64,000 nucleotides of DNA, from NCBI RefSeq assembly GCF_964355755.1, contig NC_092679.1, forward strand, positions 17,467,432 to 17,531,431, given 5' to 3'. Origin of the DNA: Antedon mediterranea. Taxonomy: Eukaryota; Animalia; Echinodermata. Positions 39,101 through 51,100 of the stretch are shown piece by piece (the stretch's first letter is position 1; each line of letters starts with the position of its first letter). Under the pieces are notes generated by a model. It did not search any database and was not told where the DNA came from. It saw only the letters and a program-made list of their open reading frames with translations. The position numbers were made by a program, and so were the translations under genes.

Positions 39101-42100
39101 ATTTTTTTTCAACAGAAAGTTAGCGCATGATATAAATTAAACTTTTGCAAAGTTTCAAGTTGAAATGTTATTTGGTTGTCGAGCTATGTTAAATACGACA
39201 AAATCGTTAAATCGCGCGTAAGTCACGTTGCGCAATTGTAAACGTCATGAAAAACTTCGCTTGACGACGTTACGTAAATGTCAATATGTTAAGATAGTTA
39301 CCGAAATGTTATGTTTGCGAGTTTTAGAGAAAAGCGTTACACAAAAATCATACAGAATGATTTCGTACAATCACAAGAGGTTATCCTGCAACTTCGTTGC
39401 GGATAACCAAATACAGTACTGTAAATATGATTTAATTTGGGCAATGCTTACAGTACTTCACTGTCTGGTATATATGATTGATGAGGAAGTTCCTTTATTT
39501 TTGAAAATAATTGACCTTACCACAAGATTTATTCATGAGAATTAAATTAATTGTGTATTTGTTTAATAAGTATAACTAAGAGATAATAATTGGTTGAACC
39601 ATGGGTTATTATTGAATGGAAATCAATGACTTAATAGGAATGTAATGCATTTATGTACAGTCAGTACTGTGATTCATGTAATAAAATATTTCACTTAGCA
39701 TTTTATGTGGTATTTTTTTGCATATTTTATACTGTATTTTGTACAGTGTCGGTTACTCTTAAAATGCGAATATTATGTATCAACAACAATCTTTAATTGA
39801 AACAAAATAATAAATTAAAGGTATACCATAAAAGTAATTAAACATGAACTAATTATGCACAGATTAAACTTATAAAGAACACAACAATTACTTACAGTAT
39901 GTCATCGAAAATTATGTTCGATATCAATCATCAATCAATAAAGATTCTTTAAGACGTTTTTTTCCATGTTCTGTAAAGTACTATGGTAATAGTATATACA
40001 GTAAGTATGTTTTCCTATGATGTTCCTCAAGTGGTTTATAAATACAGGAGCAGAATGAACCCATATTACTTGGAGAACATAAGAACAAAATCACCGTAAT
40101 AATAGGGCTTTGTTTTGGGAGTGGTTTTTTCTAGTGTATGATACTCAATGTATGTTGCCTTTTTTTTGGTTCATTTCTTTTGAACCATCTGTGCCTATTG
40201 ATGTTGCTCCAAATATGTACATTACACCAAACGATATGGGTGACATCACAATATCATCTGCTCCACAACACTAACACAACTCCAATGCTGCAATTAAAGT
40301 GAAATTCTTGCTTATGGCCGACCTAACAAATACAACAAACTGGAAAATAATATCATAAATGATTTATCAATTAGAACTTTTCGTTTGTGAAGGATTTTTA
40401 TATTTAATTGTGTTCTGATGTCTAAAGCATGTTTGGTAATAAGCAATATTTTGTTTATGAAAGATCGGAAGATTCAGATTTATTTGAGGTTGATTCTCTT
40501 GAAAATAATTCTCAACTGGAATCATTGGTATATGAAGGTATTGGTTTGGTTACTTTTTAGATAATTAATTACAATTAATTTTATTCAATTAATTGTTAGT
40601 TTCTCAGATTTACAGGTTATAAAAAATAATTTTTGATTATTGTTCCAATGGTCTAGCAAGAATCGCAATACAAACAATGTTTCCTACTCCAAATTCAGAT
40701 TTATTAGTAATTATGGCTAATCATTTTTAAAAAAAATCATATCTCTTTTACTCATCTTCCTCCTCTCTATCTCATTTTTTGTGGTCTTTGTCAAATATTA
40801 ATCTTTTTTGTTTGATTTTAATTCTTATTCCTCTCTAGATGATCTTTTGTACACCACAAATGACTATGGACTGGACCTCCATGAGCGTGTCGTTGAACTG
40901 GAGAAGAAGGTCAAAGAGCAAGGAGACGAGCTGATGTGTATGAGGACGGCAATGGCTGATGTTGTCCGTCGTTTAGGTGATGTTGAGAGCAAAAAAGATA
41001 CAAGAAAAACTACATCTAGAGGTAGGTATAAGTAAATGGTGAAAACAGAGTACACCAAATTCTTCACATGGTATTGTATTGTATATGAACAGTGTCATGA
41101 GCAAATTCTGTAATACAGTGTCATATATCACGCGCCTGTATTATGTAGGTTAAGGTTATTATGACCTATGATACAGGCATCACATGTGATACATATGTGA
41201 CAATGTATTACAGAATTTGCCTATGATACTGAACAAATAATTAAACATCCTATACATGGTGGTTACTGAGAATCGGCTTCTATCTCAGTATTTAGTATAG
41301 AAGTAGATCTTTACTGAAATTTTGTGGGAGGGGGATGAGAAGAAATTTATAATAAAATCAGCAATGGCTGATGTTATCCGTCGTCTAGGTGATGTTGAGA
41401 ACAAAAAAGATACAAGAAAGGTTACATCTAGAGGTAGGTATTTAAAGTATAAAGGTAAAAATGGAGAACATTTATCTTTCTAATAATATCATCACACACC
41501 ATCTTAAGATGTGTACAATAAAGTAGGCCGTTTCTATGTATATTATGCTATCCTTTTGGGAAAGGTGAGTGAAATGTTGGGGAAATCTACAGTCACTCAA
41601 AATGTAGTGTACTGTTTAATATCAAACTAACTACACTATCAAACTAGTTTGATAAAAAAAGTGTGATGTGCCCAAATATGGTAATTATATGACATCATCA
41701 TGTCCATATGTGCACATCACATTTTTAGTTCACATAAAGTTTGATAGTGTAGACAGAGCTTAAAGCAGATACTATATTAATTTTAAAAGATGTCAGATTC
41801 ATTAAATATCTTTTCATTGAGTTTGCATTGTGGATTCAAATTATTAATGCATTATTGTATATTTATTATATATTATATTAATCTAAACATTATCAATACT
41901 TTATAATTTAAAACATGATTGTATTGATTCTATTGTTTGTGGTTGTTTTTATGATTGTGATTCATTTTGTGAACTAACATTCAAATTTGCACAATAATAT
42001 TATCGATATTTCTTTTTTCTAATGCAAACACTAATAATGAAGCTTTTATTTTACTAATATTGTTTTTTTGGGTGTTAAGCTCTGTCTACACTATCAATCT

Positions 42101-45100
42101 AGTTTGACAAAAAAAAGTGTGGTGTGCCCAAAAATGGTAGTAATATCCCCAAATATGGTAGTGATATGACGTCATCATTGTCCATATGGGCACATCACAA
42201 TTGTTTGTCTTATAAAGTTTGATAGTGTAGACAGAGCTTTAGAAATGTACTGTGTCTGTCTGTCTCCTTGTTGTTTTATGCATAGAAATCATCGGTCTTC
42301 AGCATTATATCATAAATATTCAACAAGCTGTCCACTCATGCGTATCATCCATGGTACTGTATATTAATTATGAATGTTGTTTTGTAAATAATGTATTCGC
42401 GAAGCGGCCATTTCATGTTAAATATTGTGTCTTACATTCTGTGTTTGTGTTTCCTTTGTAAATTGTATTTCAAAGTCGGGTTTTACGTTGTAGTATTTTT
42501 CTGTGTGCGTACTGTAAATTAATACTGGCGTAGAATTTGAAAGTAATGTTGTAATATGCTCATAGTAATAGATATAGGGACCCTCTATCGTGGATGCCTA
42601 CCCCAATGTCTATTACATAATACAGTTGTAATTTTGATAATATATTTACAACAAATTGCAATTGTACCACATTTAGCGTTTTCTATCTTTTTCTGTTTTC
42701 AAGGTATCCTATCATATTTTATTTGTGTGGATGTGGCAAAGTGAAATCAAAGAGCTATATAATTTTAGGCATTTGCTTTTTTCAATAAGAATGTACAGTA
42801 CTACATTACTGTATACTATTTATCCTGCCATGGTGTACACTTGAGTATAGATGTGCACACAAGTTTGAGACAATCTATTTGCATTGGCAAGTTTGGTCAT
42901 TTTTTGACTATTACAAACAATTCAAATGCTGACCAAAAAAATTTAAATTTTTATTGGTAGTTTCCATCAACATCTATATGCTTACTGCCTGTTTTGTTTT
43001 ACAGTTTAGTATGTCCGATTTTACTATCGTATGTTATCAGTGTAATTTATCAACCAGGTTAAATCAATATTCACTAGTATTTGACTGGACCGGTAGATTA
43101 GTGTTTCCTATTGATTTTTACAAATTCCTGTATCACTTTCCATCCCTATAAATTTCATAAAACAAAGCAATTATGATTGGTTGATTAAATTTCACCTACG
43201 GTACTGTACTATAGATAATGTATGCAAGTCAAGATTGACTAATTGTCCTAGTAGTTGATAGTGTACTGTACTACATAAAGCTTGGTTCCCACTAAAACGT
43301 AACGCAAGGACGTAAACGCAACGCAAGCGTTTTAACCAATGACAAGCGAAGTAATACAGTTACCAGTCACAAGCGAATAAGCCATCGCTTGTGATTGGTC
43401 AATTCACTTGCGTTGCGTTACGTCCTTGCGTTGCGTCGCTAGTGGGAACCACGCTTAACACCTTGGGATGTATAGTAGTAGAGTACAGAAGCAACAAAAT
43501 AGTATTTTAAACTATATGTAGTTTATTAAAGTCAATATCGTCTCTCGTTGTCCTGGTATAGCAGTATAGTAGTACTGGGATGTACAATAGGAAAAGAAGC
43601 ATTATGGGTGGGGCCAGCGTGAATTTTAAACTAATACTATAGACCTTTTTACGATAGGCAACTAGTACTACTACAGTCAATCTTCTAATAGTAACCCATA
43701 CTCTAATAGTAACCCCCCTTATAATTAGTAACCCACCTTTGTCAATCTATAATAATAACCCACTACTCTAAGTAACCAATGGGGGTTACTATTAGAGTCA
43801 CAAAACTATTGACAAAATGATTGGTCGTTTTTGGTGCAGCCGTATTTTTAAAATAAGGAGATAATGCATGTTGATCTCGGGAGTGGGGAAGATTGAGTGT
43901 TTTTAAATTAAGTTCAAGTTCAACCAAATTTGTTTATCCGTACTGTTTTATTATTTTGCTATGAGTTGCTGACCAGAAAAGTTGGGGTGGGTTACTATTT
44001 TCTTGTAATTGATTTCCTAAGCTAGAAATTCATTAGCATCTATGTTAGTTGCAATGATAGTAACGTGATGTATGGGAAGTCATTAAGAATTTTAATCTAC
44101 AATATGTGATGAATGATGCGATCAATGCGTGTATTATTTAGCTTCCCTACTGATTCCATAGTTAATCAGCAAAGTAATTCACCTTTCAACAGTTGTCAAT
44201 CTGGTATGACATGGCTTTATCTAAATTGACATATAAAGTAAAATAAATAAATAGAAATGTTTACCGTTTATTGCCTCAAATCATAATAGATTGTTTGATT
44301 TCACTCGATATAAGTTCTACTGTATTACTAATAATTATTGTGTAATTGTAGTTAAAAATAATGAAAAGATTACAGTAACCTTCATTAAATATCTTCTTCT
44401 ATACAACAATAGATTTAGTTTCCCCCAAAAAACAAAAGGTATGTCTACTTGCTTATGTCAGATGAAAAAGAGCAGCAAAATTATAATATACATATATAGT
44501 ATTACCTCTAAAAAGAGACCTTGAAAATTTTAACCTCTGCCAACGCCTTTCAACTTTTTTTTGTTTAACTACTGTATGTCTACTTGAAAAGTTTATAACT
44601 TTAAAGTTATTCTGCAGTGCAGTGCGGTGTGTTAGAGAGTATAGTACCATATAACATAACACAATCTCTACACTAATCTAACATTTCACAATTAGTATAC
44701 GTTAATACCTATTTTTAAATTAAAATTGTTAACATTAGATCAACCTTTAGTCCATGGAACAACTCCTGCATGCTACTAATATCACTATGAATTTGACGTT
44801 TATTCACTATTTTTGTAATTCTATTTTAACCCTGCAAATAACTTGCATCAAAATAAAAATGTCTGCATGGTATCGCCGTCATTTCATTTGCTTTATTCAA
44901 GTGCTAACCTCGCAAAGTGTCCGTGTCGGAATTGTGATCTTTCCAATTGTTTCGCAAATGATTTTTACGGAGCTGTTTTTTCCTACAGGTGGTTCGGCAC
45001 CAATGCGAGCTGTGAAAGATTCATCAGGTATGGTGACTCATAGACTATAGTTTAGTTTTGCAGTTTTGTTTGTTTTTTTTCCAAATCCTTTGATGAAGAT

Positions 45101-48100
45101 GTGCTTATATTATATGCTTTTTAATAGATGAATTTATCAATTGAAGTTTTGAGTATTATGAGATTATTGTTTATTTTGGATGTTTACAATCTTGTTCTTT
45201 TTATTAATTAAGTTTTTAATGTCTTTATGTTGTGTTATATTTGTAATTTTCGCTGCTATTGTAATTAAATGTTTTTGTTTTCAATTACTGTAAAACATGT
45301 TTATTATATTTTGGAAACCCAGTAATTTAATGAGTTGTGTTAGATGTGATAATTTTTGACCATTACGAAGCCATTCATCTTGGACGTTTAGTGAGGACAG
45401 ATTATAATTTTTGTTCTATTTTAAAACATAACCATATACACAATAATAATAATAATACAAAAAATACTTTATTTATTTGTGCTTTATATGTTTTTATAGG
45501 AATGCTAAATCAGACCCTACCGTCCAAACTGTCCGTTCCTAATGGCACATCACGCCATAAACGACCGCCGACTCCAGATTCAAAGCGTCGATCATACGGT
45601 GGCGGCAGCTCTTCGGGTAGTGACAAGCTAAAGAGGTGGAGCTCAGCTGATAGTGGCAGTTTCCCAGCCGGGTAAGACCTCCTAGAGTACACTTGCATGA
45701 TGTAGCATGTCATTTATTATGCAGAGTTGGGGAACAGCTCTCTGACTTGGCCACAAACATGAATATTTAACATTTATTCAGCAATGTTAGATTTTTTATA
45801 CAATGCTCAATTAATAAATTTTGCCAATGATTTGCAATTAGTGTTAATAATGTCAGAAAGCTGTTCACTAAAATGTTGCAATACATTACACAATTTTAAA
45901 GTATACTAACCAATAATAAATGGAAAGGTTTTATTTTCATGGCATATAGGATAGGTTGCATGTCATAGCTGTTACATCAGTTGGTAGTACCCACAACAGC
46001 TTCACACCATTGCATTATGAAGAAATCAAAATTAATAGATTATAGATCACATGTCCATGTCACCTACATAGTATGCTTAAACATTGCCATCATTGGTGTG
46101 TCATTATTTTTTCTCAGATAAAGATCTATATACTGTAGGTCTTGCATTGCATATGATTCTAAAGAAATGCCTTTGTTGTCTTTCTGTTGTTAAACTAGAT
46201 TCTTTATCCTCATTGCATCATCCTTTTGCTGTCGGTCCTAGACTAAGTGCTCTCTGGCTTCTAAAGGTTTATTTTTCTCTCCTCGTAATTCAATCTCATA
46301 TCATTCATAGAGTTTTAAAAGTATATCATCATAATATACCACATCATATTAAATAATTCACTATAAGGTAGTTGGTAACTGTGCTTCTATTTTTACTAAA
46401 CAGTCCATACTATTTTGACTATTTTGGTTTCTGGAGACCTACTATAAGGTATGATGCAGTGAATTCGAAAATTGTTTATCCATGTTTCTAATTTGGTGAT
46501 TTGCTTTTTACTAGTTGGGTTTATAGAATTTAAATTTGAATCAAAGCAAAATATAAATACATTCAAACATATTTAGATATCTATGAAAATATAAGACGAA
46601 CCAACTACAGTAGTAAGAATAAGGTATGCCTGTAATTAAGGTACTTTAGTTCCTGGTTTGATCTATGCAGTTCTGAATCTCAAACTCTCCCAGCTGGTAC
46701 CAATTTTAACACAATTTAATGTTCCTGCTAAAGGAAACCATAACCTCATGCGTCATCTATATATAAATTATTAAGATCTCACTTTCTTAAAAAATGTACA
46801 GTATATAAGTACATTGATATTTATAGCTAGCAAAGTACTAGTAAACTAATACATACATTGATTGATATACAGTAGAACCTCTTCTTGGGACACCCCCTAT
46901 TCAGGAAACACTTTCCGTTAAAAGTGAAACGACTATATAAGGCAAAACTTCTGACCAATTACTCAACTTCCTGACGCAAAACTATTCCACAGTAGTTACA
47001 TACAATTATCATCCTGTACAGTACTCACTGTTAAATTGGGCTCAAATCTATTCCCTAGCCATCAGCGCAAGCTCAGTGGTCTAGAGTATGAACGCCAGGC
47101 TCCAGTGATCGGGAGGACGTGGGTTCCAGTCCAACTTAAGAATTCAATGTACTTTAGTGTGTATAAAGTACAAAATTATTTCAGAGTGTGGCAAACATCT
47201 GAAAAATGTATATATTTATATATGGCCAACCCATACTCAGGGGAAACCCTTATTGAATTGAAGAGATACTTTGTTGGGTCCTGAAGGTCTCCATTTAAGA
47301 GGTTTTACTGTAGCTACCATTTTCAATATCTATCAAGCAAGTAGCGAAGCACATATAATAAACTTTCCAATCTTTCCTGTGTATTAAAAAAAGTAATTAT
47401 TTTACTGGTTTAACCATGGAGGTATTATACCTCCAGGGTTTAACTGACCTGTTTAGCATGTCCAAAACAAATGCCTTCAATCTCATAATCGACTAACAGC
47501 ACAGTTAAAAGTGGAGGTGATGCATATGTCATATTATATATAGCATTTGCATGAAGTAAAATTAATAGTGTGCATGTTGTGTAAGCTATACAAGTTTATG
47601 TTGCACAAGTTCCTTATTGAATATTACTGTGGGGATTTTAAGGTTCAGTAATGGTGAATACGCTATAGTTGCTTGAGCTGTATGATTTTACATTTGTTAA
47701 TAAACTTTTGTTGTAGATGATGGGTAGCGCTCAGCGATATTCTGCTTTTACATTGCGTATGATGACGATGCAGCATATTTAAAAACAGTGACTGGTTTTA
47801 AAGTGTGTATAAAAAATACAATTTCAATAGTTACCACAATGAACATTTTTAGGCATTTAGGGTAAATCATTGAAATCGTAATTGTAGTTATTTAGATAAT
47901 TTGGACTGTGTGGTACCAAGTCGCAATAGAGCAAAATTTGAATGTCATCAGCCTAAATTCAGAGGCTATAGCTTTAGATGCTTTGGATGAAAAAGAGTAG
48001 ACAATACACAATTCTGGTGAAGGTTCGTGTGTCAAAGTTCGAAGAATGTTCCAATTGCATGAGACTGTTATTTATAAATCATGAATTAATAATTTGTGAA

Positions 48101-51100
48101 ATGATTTTTTAGTAGTGAAATGAAGAGTATAGATGTACAAACGACAATTTCCTATCCATCTAATGCTACCATCAACACTGTTGATAAGTATGACCAGCTT
48201 TCAATTGATACCTACCTAACTAAAGCAAAATCAATGGATACTGGTATCTTCCCAAGCATACCACATGCTACTATGGAACGAAATGCATCAATATCAGGTA
48301 TGGCGTACCAGGTGAAGCATTCAAAGCAATGGAAGTCTGAAGCTCGTGTTGATCAACCAGAAGCCATACATAGAAAGCACCATCATAGAACTGGTGGACA
48401 TAAGTATACTGCTGATAACTTAAAAAGGAGCAAGTCAGAAAATCAGGTATGTGAACGAAAGCGTAGTTCCATGCGGCCAAGCTTCTCCGAGGAACTTCCT
48501 GGTCTCCCAGGAAACAACATGAGAAAATGGATGTCTCAATTGCGTGTTTATACGCCGAAAGAAATAACACCGAAAGAAACTAAAGGTCGACGAGAGAGCC
48601 TGTCTGAAACGCAACCAATGAGCAAAATAAGAAAATGCAAATCAGAAGTGCAGGTAAATGCATCGCCGCAAAAAGAATTTCCTTCATTAAGTACGCCTTA
48701 TGTTGCCACTTTACCATCTGCTAATGAGAAGAAATATTCACAGCATTGGAAATCTGAGGTTGCGAGTCAAGAGAACAAAAAGTCTAACATTGTTCAGAGG
48801 TATTTAGATTGTTTACCAGGTAACGAGTCCAAACCACCAACTACACAAAAAAAGCTGAACAGAATGTGGTCCACGGAGACATACACAAAAGATACATCTT
48901 CACGTAGATCTTCAAGAGCTGGTAATTTGAAAAAAGCACGATCAAGTATAGATCTGACAACATCCAGTAAGGAGAAGAAAGTGCAACTCATCTTGCCAAC
49001 TAAGGAAAATATGAGTATAAGTAGAAGAGTCCGAGGAGAGACGGTAACGTTAAAATCTAACAAGTGGCGAACTGGAGGAACGTTTAACACCCACAAAAAA
49101 TGGTAAGAACGGAGAAAAGTGAAGCGCAAATATTAGTTTTCTCTGCTTGGTTATAGAAGGTTATGGGAATATTTTATTGCTGACTTAAAATTAAGTGTGA
49201 ATTGCGGTTGCCTATGTCTAGGCTGTGTAGTGTGAGCTTTTAGATTTAGTTTTTAAAAACAATCCTTGAATATTTCTGATTGGTAGCTTATCTGTGCCAA
49301 ACTGACTTTTTTTACATATTTTAGTTACTGTCTTATAACTATATCTTTGGTTAGGTTTGGAAACTGCTTTATTTAGAAGGAATAAGCATCTTAACAGAAT
49401 AGTACAGTCAAATATCGGAATACCAGATTTTGGTTTAATGCTCTAAAGCTCTCCAATTTCATTGCTTAGTTTGTATTACACAAAACAAAGTATTCTGCAA
49501 TGCAAAGGTTTTGAAATATATGCTGCATAAAGAAAAGCAATGCTTTAAGTGTTAAATGCAAATTCAGAGAAAGAATGTTTTAAAATAGTATGCAATGAGA
49601 TGTGGTAATAAACATAGTCAATAGAAAGTAGTTTAAATTAAGCTGGCCTGGAAATGTAGTCTGTGAAAGCCAACCAACAGAGGGCAGCATCTAGTTATCA
49701 AAGCTAAAGTGCTCTTACAGACTGTTACTATTTTTCCGGTTGAATACTATAGTTGAAAGCAATAAAAGTTAAATGACCTTCATCATATCATCATGATTGT
49801 TGAAGGTGTGGTATTGTGATAGTATTAGTTGTAAAGACCAGTCACTGTTTTAGCTACTGTGTTGTTGATTGTCTGCCGCTCTCTTCTCACTGAACAGTTT
49901 GCAGAAACTTTTTGTTGCATGTGATTGTGAAAAAGCTTTCCCAGTGCAAGTTATTTTTCTGTGATTTTAAGATGCCGCGCACCTCTGCATCTCCTCGGCC
50001 AAATTCTGCTCGCCCATCATCGGCTTCAAAAGCACGAGCTGCAAAATCGCGCTTTCCAAAAAGGTTAGTTAATCTTTAATAACGGTAAATCATTTTTGGG
50101 TATTATTTACATTTTTCATATTTATACCAGCAAAATTGGATGATGCAGTGTACAATGTTTCTTGGCACGCTGCCAACTGTTGAGTGATAACACTTTGTAA
50201 AATCAATTTACTGCCAAAATCTGTCACTTTCAACAATACCGGTGTATTAAAACAATTTGGATTAAAATCTGTTCATAGCTTTAAGTTAATTCTAACATTT
50301 AAATTCCTAAATCATTCATCCTGAAATGATATACTTTCAGCAAATATGAACTTGAATATTGCTATTCTCTGTTTGCTATCTCTATTTGTTGACTTTTGAA
50401 TTATTTAAAACAACATTCAATACCAGAGTTCTTTTCATCTATCTATGTAATTCAAAATGGTCTCAATAAGATATGGTGCGGTATTTACCATCTCTAAGAA
50501 CTCTTAGTTAAGTAAGTCACTTGAATTGAGTCATTTTCAAATCTAATCTAACAAAATTCAAAATTGTTCACAAAGTTTTAAACAAAATTGCGCAAAGATT
50601 GCACAGTGTTTATTAGCAACAGTTGACTAGCGGAACAAGATCATTAGGTCCCGTAAAATCTGGGCGGAAACGTTTAACCGAAGGATTCTTTTTCAGTTCT
50701 GCTAAGAAGAGTTCTTCTTTGACAAATTTATCTGGACGCAGATCGTCCACATCTGGGTGAGTTTTAGTTGTGAAATAAAAATTTATTTTTTGCAGGAAGG
50801 TAGTGCTATATACATTATAATGTAGTGTTTGTTTTTTGTTTTATATTTAAATTTGGTTATTTTTACAGAATTATTATGAGTTGCCATTTACTGTTGTTTG
50901 TCTTTGGTCATTTTTTTATATACAAATGTTACTATGTACTATTCTATGGTTACAGTTTTAGCTTAAAAAACTAAGTTTCTAATATATTTTTTTTCAAATT
51001 TGGTTTTTACTTGCTTGTTTATTTTGCATTTTTTTAAATGCACCTATCAGCCATTTTAATATGTCATTACTATATTATAGACCAAAACACTATTTTGTTT

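Noticed and set aside
38825-39545. Short ORFs as possible transposase or Rep/helicase
   Set aside because: No recognisable motifs; they lie in a non-autonomous element.
46242-46266. Candidate 25-nt EML micro-exon with upstream TGC
   Set aside because: Not frame-preserving and the donor (GTTTAT) is weak. It would work only if paired with a phase-0 acceptor such as 49972; unsupported without reads.
48271-49129. Antisense ORFs of 99 and 111 aa
   Set aside because: Shadows of the plus-strand coding exon.
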